DNA from: Phoronis australis
Taxonomy: Eukaryota > Animalia > Phoronida
Assembly (NCBI GenBank): GCA_002633005.1
Contig: NMRA01000234.1
Coordinates: 514,482-553,966, forward strand
Length of the DNA stretch: 39,485 nt
Direction: 5' to 3'
The position numbers were made by a program, and so were the translations under genes. The notes below the pieces were generated by a model. That model saw only the letters and a list, made by a program, of their open reading frames with translations. It was not told the DNA's origin and did no database searches. This document shows, piece after piece, positions 23,627 through 34,242 of the stretch (position 1 is its first letter; the number at the start of each line of letters is the position of its first letter).

Positions 23627-25161
23627 TTTTTATGCGCCCACATATTTATATGTGGACGCATTATACCGTCATCTCCGTTCGTCCGTCCGGCGTCCGTCGG
23701 CGTCCGGCGTCCGCTGCTCTATCTCCAAAACTCCTTGACTCATGTTCATGAAATTTTGCACATGTGTTCCTTCTGTGGATGGGACGGCATGATCGAACTT
23801 TCGGACGGATCCGACTACCGGTGTGCCCCCTAGTGGCAATTTTGGTTTTTTACGCTTACCTTTGTATCTTCAAAAGTCCTGAACGGATTTTCATGAAATT
23901 TGGTATGTAGGCACCTATTAGTGAGATGACGCTATCCTCCCGTTTTCAGATGGATTCGACATAGTTTGCGCCACCTAGTGGCCATTTTTAGTGTTTTCGA
24001 GTCTGTTTTTGTGCGTCCACCCCTCTATCAACCAAACCGCTCAAAGGATGATTGTGAAAATTGGCATGTATATGCTTACTATGTAGAGGATGGTTGACGA
24101 TGATTTTCCGACGATTTCGACTACTGTGGCGCCTCCTAGTGGCAGTTTTGTTTTTTTGCGCCTATGGCTGTATCTCCTAAACCGTTCGCAGGATCTTTAC
24201 AAATTGTGTAAGTATATTTATATGATGTTAACAACGGAAGATGACGACTTTTGGTCGGATCCGACTACCGGTGTGCCCCCTAGTGGCAATTTTAGTTTTT
24301 TACGCTTACCTTTGTATCTTCAAAAGTATTGAACGGATTTTCATGAAATTTGGTATGTAGGCACCTATTAGTGAGATGACGCTATCCTACTGTTTTCAGA
24401 TGGATTCGACGTAGTTTGCGCCACCTAGTGGCCATTTTTACTGTTTTCGAGTCTGTATTTTTGCGTCCACCCCTCTATCAACCAAACCGCTCAAAGGATG
24501 ATTGTGAAAATTGGCGTGTATGTGCTTACTATAAGGAAGACAGCTGACAATGATTTTCAGACGATTTGGACTACTGTGGCGCCTCCTAGTGGCAGTTTTG
24601 TTTTTTTGCGCCCATGGCTGTATCTCCCAAACCGTTTGCAGGATCTTTACTAAATTTAGCAAGTGTATTTATGTGATGTTGACAACGGACGATGACGACT
24701 TTAGGATGATTCTGATTACCGGTATGCCTCTAGTGGCAATTTTAGTATTTGCCTCTAGTGGCAATTTTAGTATTTTACATTGACCTCTGTATTTTCATAG
24801 GTCTTCAGGTGTATACTTTGTGTTACTTCGTGACTGTGAAGGAAAAGTTCCAAGTAGAAATTTGTTTCTGGCATTCTAATGCTGTGCTAATCTCGTATGT
24901 TGGTAAATTTGTTTTTAATTCTATGTTTCTGTGGTGCTTTAAGCAACTGATGTATAGGATGTGCTTGTATTATGAAGATCACTCACATTTTGCCCCTAGC
25001 CTATTGGGGAGACAATGACCATGCCGTTCCATTTTGCAAAGTACAACATACTACATATATGCCCTCTACTGGCCACTTTATGGTACCAATAAACAACCCT
25101 AGAAGGATACCGTATACGGTGCACATGTGGGCGCATTTCAACGCTCTGCGTTGCTCTTGTT
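23627..25161 (+). mobile_element. Young, complete HINE (Helentron-associated, DINE-1-like) with a 450-bp higher-order tandem repeat
   Basis: T-run at the 5' end, subTIR ATGCGCCCACAT with adjacent inverted copy ATGTGGACGCAT, GTCC-rich tract and central repeats. The 3' end has subTIR ATGTGGGCGCAT (25125-25136), hairpin CAACGC-tct-GCGTTG and CTTGTT. This is the diagnostic HINE layout. Confidence 0.88.
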
Positions 25162-25970
25162 ACTGTTTTCGAGTCTGTTTTTGGCGTATGACTACTGTGG
25201 CGCCTCCTAGTGGCAGTTTTTTTGCGCCCATGGTTGTATCTATTAAACCGTTTGCAGGAACTTTACTTAATTTAGCAAGTGTATCTATATGATGTTGACA
25301 ATGGACTTTTGGTGTGCCCCCTACTGGCAATTTTAGTTTTTTTACGTTTATCAGTCTGTATCTTCAAAGGTCATCCACAGATTTTCAAACAAAATTGAAT
25401 ATAGACATCTATTGGTGAGATGACGCTATCATCCTGTTTTTGGATAGAATCGAGCTATTTTGCGCTACCTGGTGGCCATTTTTGATGTTTTCAAATCTTG
25501 TTTTTGGCGTCTACTCCTCGATCAACCAAATCATTCTAGGGATGGTTTTGAAAATTGGCGTACATGTTTTCAGTGTGAAGAAGACGTTTGATGATGGTGA
25601 CTACTGTTGCGCCTCCTAGTGGTAGTTTTGTGTTGTTTTGCGCCCATAGCTGTATCTCCAAAACCCACTGCAGTATCTTTATGAAATTTAGTAAGTGAAT
25701 TTATATGAAGATAACAGACGACGACTTTTAAGCGAATGGAACGGACGCCGTGCCCACAAGTGGCAATTTCATTTTGTTCTGTTTTCCTTTGTTTCTTTGA
25801 AGTTCCTTGACAGATTTTTATGAAATATGGCATGTTCCCATTTTTGGATGGATGTTACGTTTTTACGCCATCTATTGGCCATTTTTATGATACAAATAAA
25901 TAACTCTAAAAGCACACCATTTGCGATACATTCGTGGGCGCATTTCAACGCTCTGCGTTGCTCTTGTTTT
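25162..25970 (+). mobile_element. 5'-truncated, more diverged HINE copy directly behind the previous one
   Basis: Same CTAGTGG monomers and a second matching 3' terminus GTGGGCGCATTTCAACGCTCTGCGTTGCTCTTGTTTT (25934-25970). Confidence 0.8.
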
Positions 25971-26068
25971 ATCTCGTATTAAATCAGTTATTATCGTAAA
26001 CATCAGCAGACTTATGGATCAAAAATCAACAAAAGATCCCTCACACCAATTAGTATATACTTTATGTT

Positions 26069-26758
26069 TATGTTCGAAGTATGTCCTGAAAATGATAGGT
26101 GCGTCGCAAACTCCATTTCCATTGATAAAAAGGAGACCTATACAGGCGAAATAATGGTAATTTATCATGACTGATAACGGTACAGAAATATGAGTGTAAA
26201 AAATAATACTCCCTGGAAAGATGGGCAGTAAGAAGCGCAGCACCCAGGTAAGAGGAACCACCGAAAAAAGGGAGTGGTAGTGAGTGGAAAAAATGAATAG
26301 AGATTAAACTCAAACGTAAGTGCTGCTAAAGCGAAGGAATGACAGGAAACATATGGTTACTGTGAACAAAGGTTAACCCTAAGACATTTGATAATCATCA
26401 GTCTATAGGAGACAGGAGCTGACCAAACTCCGGCGAGGCACGTGACGAAAAAAGAACCGATAGTGAGGCTGGGAAAAAATGTCCTAGTGCGCAAAAGGGC
26501 CGCATGCGAATCTACACAAATGATCAATGGACCAGTCCGAAAGAGGAAAAAGGGGGTAAAACTATACGCGAGATGAGTCCATATTTTCACATAAATTTAA
26601 AAATAGAATAGCACTATGTTCGAAGTACGTCCTGAAAAATGTAGGTGCGTCGCAAGCTCCGCTTCTAGAGATAAAAAGAGATCGTATATAGGCGAAATAA
26701 AGGTAATCTATTTTGACTGATAACGGCACAGAAATAGGCCTATGAGTGTAAAATCATA
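26069..26758. repeat. Diverged local duplication of about 140 bp (26069-26208 and 26615-26758)
   Basis: TATGTTCGAAGTA(T/C)GTCCTGAAAA...TAGGTGCGTCGCAA...AGGCGAAATAA...TGACTGATAACGG is shared. Confidence 0.75.
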
Positions 26759-26786
26759 ATCAAAAATAGAATAATAATCTCTGCAA

Positions 26787-27089
26787 CAGTAGCGGATCTA
26801 GGATACAATAAGGAGGGGGGGGGCTGGGCGACATGTTGTCTCGGGGAACCGGACGATTGTATGTGCAGCAGGCCCGAAGTTGCGGGAGCCGGGTATGTGA
26901 ACCATCTGTTCGGAAAATCTACCCGTGGACTAAAAAAAAACGAAAAAACGGGTCCGCCGCGATCTTGGGCGCCCCCTTCTCCGCGTCCTACTCAATATAT
27001 CCTCGCGCTTCACGCTCTTGCTGTTCCATTTTTGCTTGCGGTAACCAAGGGGGGCCCGGGCCCCCTGGGCCCCCCTAAATCCGCCTATG
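26787..27089. mobile_element. GC-rich MITE
   Basis: Imperfect TIRs CAGTAGCGGATCTAGG and CCTAAATCCGCCTATG. Flanks tgcaa and tggaa (4/5 match). Confidence 0.7.
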
Positions 27090-27369
27090 TGGAAAGATGG
27101 GCAATAAAAAGGGCCACAAGAGATGTTGAAAACAGCTCATGCTCATCGTCTACGTTTTTCTGCACATCATCCGCTTCATCAGGAATGGAGGAGAAATACG
27201 CCCTCTTGTGAGAGCATAGTAACCGAGGGAGATGGCAGAATATTTGGGTACCAGATACAGGACCTGGTCTTGTTTGTGACATGTTGATACAAAAATTGAA
27301 CTTTGTAAAAGCAGCCCAATGGGAGACGCGGAACTGTTGGACCCACACCCCAACCAAGTAAAAATGGTA

Positions 27370-27870
27370 TTTCTGTTTTCGGTTTGCCTTATACGCTATG
27401 TGTGTCGTATAAACTGTGCGGGATTTACAAGAAGCACGACATCAAAATAGACTAGCTTTTTGCACTCCCCTTAGTCTCTTAGTAACATCCAAATAAATTT
27501 AAACCACTAGATCATAGACGTAGTGTGATGTACAAGACTGACTGTGCTTCTTGTCAGGCATTTTACGTTGGTCGTTGACTGAACACTCTCATTCATGATT
27601 GATGAGCACATAAGTTTTGTAAGAACAGGCAATCAGTCTTACTCCGGCGGAGCACATACGTATGATCACCATATCAACAGGGACCTTGAATATTACTGGC
27701 AGCAATAGAAATGTTCCCAGAAAAACCAGGGAGGCTATGAAACTTGTAAGCCCCACCATAAACAAGGAGGTCGGTATGTGAGTTACCTCATGTTTATGAT
27801 CGGATATTGACTGCTTATGTACTCTGCTTGTGATGAGGTTACCGGTTACCTGAATTTCTATGTATTGCCA
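27370..27870 (+). mobile_element. Penelope-like retroelement fragment (linker and GIY-YIG endonuclease)
   Basis: Frameshifted motifs LPYTLCVSYKLCGIYKKHDIKI, VMYKTDCASCQAFYVG, IDEH, AEH, REAMKL..PTINKEVG and LPHVYDRIL are typical of the PLE C-terminus. Confidence 0.75.
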
Positions 27871-28299
27871 AGCTGCCGGGCATAAGGAAATTGATCATTG
27901 ACAAATCCATAGACTAGGCACACTCACCCGGCCTTTTTCGTCCAGATGTGGTTCTGGGGTAAGGTCAGTGAATTTTTTAACCTGTGTAGACTTGACTTTT
28001 ATGGCACCCAGTGACCACAGTGACAGGCACAGAGTCTAATAATGAAAACACATAACTCTAGCCCTGGAATGGCAACTTGGTTCTCCTCTTGCTGAGATTG
28101 CGCCGCGCATGCGTGGCATTTGTTTGCATTCGCTTGTTCACGGTAGAGTTCACTAATCCTCGGACCTTGATAAAAAGCAAGTCTTCGTGAGATTACGCGA
28201 AATATTGCTGCATATTTTTTATCGTAATCTATTTTGCCCGGGGTTCGCCACGAGCTATGTTGCAGAGTAAAACAAGAGGAGGATTGAGAATATTATCAT

Positions 28300-28720
28300 T
28301 TATTATGACGTAAATAGATAAAACTAACTAAGACTCTACAAGATGGGCATGGACAAAACGCCCACCGGCGTGTACAATGAATAGCCCTGAAAGAGGGAAC
28401 AAAACAAAAGAACTGCCTGAAGGGCTTAAATGAAAAGTACAGAACATGAACACAAAACTTGAAAAAACCTAACAGGAAATGTATATGAGAAAAGAGAAAG
28501 TGGAACCGACACCCGGGATGGGGGGTGGGGAAAAAATGTAGAGAACGAACGTAGGTCTTGTAGACGACGAGGTAGGTGGCTGAATGAGAGAGACCACGTT
28601 GAACTGAACAAAGGAAATATGGGCGACCAATCAGGTGTCGCGTAGAGAAATGTATGAATACAAAAGTAGGCCCTTCAGGCTGTAAATAGAGATGAGTAAA
28701 GACTGGTATCAAAATAAAGA
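28300..28720 (-). mobile_element. Possible non-LTR retrotransposon (LINE) remnant
   Basis: The ORF track gives ...RGLSHSATYLVVYKTYVRS, like the LYK..IRP motif downstream of LINE RT domains. Weak evidence from a single motif. Confidence 0.3.
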
Positions 28721-28860
28721 GACAAATGTCAAAATAATGACGGTAAATGCATTTAACAAGTTAAATTTAATAAATTAGAACGGATGATTTTGACTAGATT
28801 TTAACGAGGTCATGGCGTAAGTCTTAGCGTTACTGAACTCTACCCCAGTGTTTGTTATTC

Positions 28861-29345
28861 CATGCGCGCACCCAGTCTAAAAAATGAGGGGGCTCGAATT
28901 TTTGAGAATGCGGACCTCTTACTAAGGTTCACGGGGTCGTTCCATGCGCGCCTCAGGGGTGGGGGGCTCGAATGAGTCCCCCATTTGGCGAAGAATGCAA
29001 AAGGTCCGCCCCAGAGAAACAAAAACTCCGGAAAAAGTAGAACACGAGACAAAAACCACTAAAATGGCAGGAACTACAAAACTTCGGCGGATTCACAATT
29101 CATAGCTCTAAAAGTACCCCGTGAGTATTAGTAAAAGGTTCACATTCTCAAAAATTTGAGCCCCCTATTTTTTAGGCTGTGCATGCGTTCAGAGCTATGA
29201 ATTGTGCATTCGCCGAATTTTGGTTGTTTCTGCCTTTTTAGTGGACTTTTGTATCGTTTTCAACTTTTTCGGTCTTTTGTTTCTCCGAGGCGGACCTCCT
29301 TGCCCACTTTGTTCGAGCCCCCCCGAACTCCCGGGTGCGCGCATA
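28861..29345. mobile_element. Self-nested CATGCGCGCACCC MITEs (inner copy 28943-29185 in opposite orientation)
   Basis: Outer copy flanked by an exact TATTC duplication (28856-28860 and 29346-29350). Inner copy flanked by an exact CGTTC duplication (28938-28942 and 29186-29190). Confidence 0.85.
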
Positions 29346-29772
29346 TATTCTTATGGAATTAACTGTCACTAAAACTTTCCGCAAATCAACCGAGTTTCAT
29401 AGGAGTTATCATTAGAAAGCCCTTCATCAGTTTTGATGGTGCATGATTACAGCAGAAGCAACCGAGAAACATTTAATTCATAAATAATTATCTATTCGTG
29501 TAAATGGCAGGTTTAATTTTTATAAATTAAAAAATAAGAGTGTTACCAAAATTGTAAGATAACATCGTGTAATAGTAATATAGATATGGAGAAATAAACC
29601 AGAGAGATTATATCAATTACTAATCAAACCAGCAGGGAAGTAATTTCAATGATTTTAAAACATTTCTCCCCTATCAAGACAAAAGATTTTTAGAATGTGG
29701 ATCCCTCACAGTTGTTGTGAAGAATTTAGTGGGGCATTCATCCATTGGCCCCGAGCTCTCTCACTGCTATAT

Positions 29773-30071
29773 CATGGGTGGCGCATCACTGAAAAAAGTG
29801 GGGGGCTAAAGCCCCCAGCCCGCCCCCCTTGTGGTGCACCGCCCATAGACCATGGGCGGTGCAGCCCTGAAAAACGTGACGGGCTATAGCTCCCCAACCC
29901 CCTATGGTGCGCCGCCCTAGCTAAGTATAGATTTTTACTTCTAGACTCTCTTGTTACCCACATGTTGTTGCCGCCACGCACGTTCAATGCCGTTGAATAC
30001 ACTGGCGGCGCAGCACTGAAATATGTGGGGGGAGCTATGGTCTCCCAGTCCCTTATGGTGCGCCGCCCATG
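29773..30071. mobile_element. Cluster of three tiny (~70-bp) MITEs
   Basis: Units 29773-29847, 29851-29920 and 30000-30071 with CATGGGCGGCGCA-like TIRs. The third is flanked by an exact GAATA duplication. Confidence 0.75.
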
Positions 30072-30540
30072 GAATAACATAATCGTCTAACCGTCTTCAC
30101 GACCCTGTCATCTAGTGTACAGCCCGATGATTACGTGAAGCGCTTAAATTCAATTTTTTTACTATTGTAGTTAGTAGTACCTGTATTTGCAACGCTTTTG
30201 TTGTTGTTGTCCATCTATATCCTATCTTTAACAGATAGGCATGGGCTGGATGTTTTCTGTGGTGGGGTTCGGGAGGTTCGATCGAACTCACTCCTCCAGG
30301 CTACTGGCCTATGTCACGTGCGGAAGTTGGCATTCCAGGGCTAGACTTCTATGGTGAAAATAATGTTCTAGTACGTGAAATGTACCTAATTTCCCAACGA
30401 GCGCGATTCCCTCCAAAAAGAGTTGTCACAAAGCTCACGTACGGTTCCATGTGTAATCTCTAATGATTAAATAGTTGATTGGTCTTTGTTTGTGTTCGCA
30501 TATTGTCACTACTGACAACCTCGTTATTTATCATTTCCAG

Positions 30541-30744
30541 TCGCATTCTTCTTCCGCTAACTGTGGAGGAGTTTGAGCGAGCCCATCTTTACACGGTGCA
30601 GGAGTGCGCTAAGTTGGAAACGGGTGGTGGCGAAGGGGTTGAGTACGTCGTCAGTGAGCCTTCTCAACCAGATGATAAAGAGCAAAAATCAAGAGGAATT
30701 GCTGTACACGCACACTATACACACAAGATATGGCATCTTGCAAG
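30541..30744 (+). CDS. Phosphatidylinositol transfer protein (class I), coding exon 2
   Basis: Acceptor tcatttccag, then RILLPLTVEEFERAHLYTVQECAKLETGGGEGVEYVVSEP...HYTHKIWHLA(S), donor gtacat in phase 2. ETGGGEGVE and YTHKI.HL are class I PITP signatures. Confidence 0.93.
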
Positions 30745-31816
30745 GTACATGAAGAGTTTCTCCTTACAGCGAATAAGGGGGCCATCATACGTCACTTTCA
30801 GGTCCGCGTAAAAAACGACGAGTCATCCGAGTGGCGACTACTATTTTTCGTTTTGACGGCTAAGTGCGATATACACTTGCTGGCATAGCGATGATGGCAG
30901 GGTATATCAGTTTTCAAAATAATCGAGTTTTGATAATAAGAATGTGTACTTTGATAAGTTCTGATAAAAGTTGTTTTCATAATGATTATAATTCAAATCT
31001 AATTTTATAGGGTGAATAAAGCAACTACCGTAAAACCCTGTGCATGCGCCTATATGCAAAACAGTGCATTTTCGAAAAAAATTCCACTCAAGGGCTTCGC
31101 ATATACGCGATGAGCATTTAGGCGCACACGGGTACCCTTGTACTTGCGTTCTCAGCAATTGGGCGCAGAACCACGATAATTGAATCGTTAACATTCGTTT
31201 TAATATAAAAGTGAATTCTAATTTTTATTGACAAGTATTTGCAACGGTTTTTTTTTGTTACAACGAGTACTACTTTGCATGAACGTGAGCTGTCACGATC
31301 ATATTTGTTGAGAATACGCGTGACTGCACAAATTTATTGGTGACGACTTGCGCGAAAATTGTTCATGTAAATTTCATGACAGATTCCGTTTTTTTAGTGA
31401 CAAGTTAAGCCAAAAACGAAGCCAACAATTAAATGAGTGCTCGTGTAATAGGGACCAATAAAAAATGACGTCTTATGCAGATCTGCCGAGTTGTCTGATG
31501 CATTAGTAGTTAAGTGGGTCGCTTGCATTTCTAGGTGCACGAAAAATGACTAATGTCTGTGCTAAAAAGATCATTCTTTTCAGTCTTACCTCACACCTTG
31601 GAAATGAAGGAGAATAGCAAGAACTTATAAAGCAAAACTAGAGGGAATTAAGTTGGCCTTCTTGTTTCTTGGGACCTTTGTTTGAACAATGGAAATACTG
31701 AGTTACTGCTACTTGCAATTCATGTGTCAAAGGGTGCATGCTTTCATGATTCACTGTTTATGGTTCTATTCACTCTTTGTGAAATATGTTACGCGTATAT
31801 CTATGATTGTTTTCAG

Positions 31817-31916
31817 TAAAGTACCCTCCTTCATTCGCCTACTTGCACCTAAAGGTTCGTTGGAGATACACGAAAAGTGCTGGAACTACCACCCTCAAGT
31901 ACGCACCGAATTGTCC
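31817..31916 (+). CDS. Phosphatidylinositol transfer protein (class I), coding exon 3
   Basis: Acceptor ttgttttcag, then (S)KVPSFIRLLAPKGSLEIHEKCWNYHPQVRTELS, donor gtaagt. Matches PITP [34 protein letters not shown]. Later exons were not found in the window. Confidence 0.93.
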
Positions 31917-33240
31917 GTAAGTGGTTTAAAAATTGCTATATTATGAGAACACCCAACCCAAACGCGTTTGAAAATAATAATCAGAAGGGTGTGGCCGCTA
32001 TGACAGATGTGGCAGTCACTTCAAACCCGCCCGTCATAAGCAGGGATCCGTTGGACGATAGTAACATAAAACTGAAGACAGAAATTTGTTCTTAACCTTC
32101 CATATCACAATTGCTAAATAAGTGTTCAACCAAGTAATAAAAAGCACATCAGTCTAGAAAAAAAATTATAGAAATTATCTCAGTAACTATTCTCAGAGAC
32201 TTTACATTTTTGCTCGAGTGAGATATAATCATTTTTCAGAAATAGCTATGTGGAGCTTAAGACTAAATTTCTGTCTTAACCCTTTAAGACTTAAGAGTCT
32301 TATCAGTCACTTATCGTGCAACAGATCTCCGGCTTCTTTGACCGTTTAAGTAACTTAATGATATGAAATGGACAGATTATAAATTGTTATTAATAATTGT
32401 CTATATTGACCGCCCACATACAAATGTACATTCATAGGGCGAATCCACTGTTGCTGGTGTTAAAAAACTGAAAGACTCGTTTCATAAACTGGCTATGCTT
32501 TGGTGTTTCGTTGAATTTTTGTTAACACATTGTAACAGTTGCACTTTCGACATCACAGAACGACGTTTATTGAGTGAAAATTCAAAATGGTTGCAAACAG
32601 TGCTGCAGTGGTAAAATTAGAGTTAAGTAGGCGCCCAAAGCCCACCGTATCACCTTGATCACTGAAGGTAACTTAAAGTGCGTAGGCGCTACGTTCAAAT
32701 GCCAAAAAGTGGTTGGCTGCGCCTACGTGCGCCTACGCTCCACAAAAATCTGGGAAATATTAATCACCTTAATTTATGACTGAGTTTAAATCCATCACTT
32801 TCACTAAATTATTGATGTTTACAAATCTCTTAGACAAGAGTAAACTATGAAATAAGACATTTTACTTTGTTGACTGATATTCTCGCAAAGGAAACTATAT
32901 CATATAACCTAATTTTAGTCAAATACAAGTTTCTTTCATTTGGCAGGGCATTCGAAGTGGTAAACGAGCTACTATCAATTTACTTCGAAATAGCTTATAT
33001 ATATAAAATACAAAATATGGCAACTGTACAAACCATTGCTTGTTAAACGTAGCATTCATAGGACTATGTTTAAGGAACAATTCTGACTAAACTGTTAATT
33101 TGACGTGCTTTTGGACAAGGGGTTCATTCCACGATTTTGACTCCTCTCGCTTTTTTGTCAGCAAAAGGTCCACATCGCCAGAAATTCGACCCCCCCCATA
33201 TTACAGACTGGGTGCGCGCGTGTTTTACAATCTACCAGCA

Positions 33241-33383
33241 GGGCCCAGTTGCATAAAAGTTATACGCTGCATACCAACAATGACATCGTATTGTCACGCG
33301 CCACGTTGTTACAATGCACCTGACGTCACGCAACAAGCAAACTTATCCAGCGGATAATTTTGAAGTTTTATGCAACCCATCCC
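33241..33383. mobile_element. Harbinger-like MITE; partial inverted copy at about 36020-36097 inside the Gypsy pol region
   Basis: TIRs GGGCCCAGTTGCATAAAA and TTTTATGCAACCCATCCC. The internal sequence matches the reverse complement of 36027-36097. Confidence 0.7.
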
Positions 33384-33399
33384 TGGTGAATGAACTTTA

Positions 33400-34242
33400 T
33401 CAAAGTTGAAAATAGCCAAAACACATACGGCACGTACATCTTCCTGAGATCGTGGAAGGCATCACAAACAAGAACAAAAAGCAATTCGTGTTCAACATAA
33501 TTTCTCGTACCGCAAAAGGGGAAATTCTGTCATCATTGGACTGCAGTGAGATCCACCTCACGTAGGGGATGCTCACAGGAAACTTCACGACAGATTCTTC
33601 ACGGGTTCGAATTTTTGGCGGTCTTTATCACGCACTACAAACAGATTTTAGGCTTCAACACAAAGCAGCCCAGCCGAATTCGATCAAAGACCGATGGATG
33701 GTCAACGTCTAAGACCGTGTACTCGATCGCGCCAGCGGAGAAACGTGTACTTGAACGGGGACTTAACTTTCCTGTGGTCACAAAGAAGACTCCGCTTAAA
33801 GAGTTCCTCACAACTTGAACAACGAACACATGTGTCGTTAGCTAGATTACTATGGAATGAAAAACACAGCCGACACGATCCATGCTGAAGTGATCCGATC
33901 TTCAAGTATCGCAAACGTCCCTTGTCAAATATCAAAGAAGAATGCACAGTCTTGAATTCATTTAAAGAGGACAACTCCATAAACGTTCTAGATGCGGATA
34001 AAGGAGGTAACACCGAGAGTTGATTACTTGAGTCGAAAATACTGTCTTGCTTTGCTTTATCGGATGACTGCGCAAGTACACAACCCTACATCCAAGTTCC
34101 GCAGAATAAATTCATCAGTATTCTAAGAGAGTGGCAACGCAGTGACATCATACCTGGAGACCTGTACGATAGACTGTACCCTACGTCCTGCGAAGTGCCC
34201 AAGCTATAAGGCCTTCCAAGGATCCACTAACCCGGAGCTCCT
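33400..34242 (+). mobile_element. Penelope-like retroelement, 5' part (interrupted by Gypsy)
   Basis: AEKRVLERGLNF.V..KKTPLKEFLT, LNSFKEDNSINVLDADKG and LYDRLYPT...PKL*GLPRIH*PGAP are PLE N-terminal and RT motifs. The left boundary is approximate. Confidence 0.85.

Larger units (their letters stand above)
28051..30353. mobile_element. Second copy of the CATAGAACTCTAGC-TIR element, carrying nested MITEs
   Basis: Left end CATAACTCTAGCCCTGGAATGGCAAC, right end GTTGGCATTCCAGGGCTAGACTTCTATG. Internal similarity to 5545-5575 and 5680-5870. Confidence 0.7.

Noticed and set aside
27825-27860. Hammerhead ribozyme at the 3' end of the Penelope fragment (also near 21494-21522)
   Set aside because: The position fits PLE-associated hammerheads, but the CUGAUGA and GAAA core and the helices are not intact, so at most a decayed remnant.
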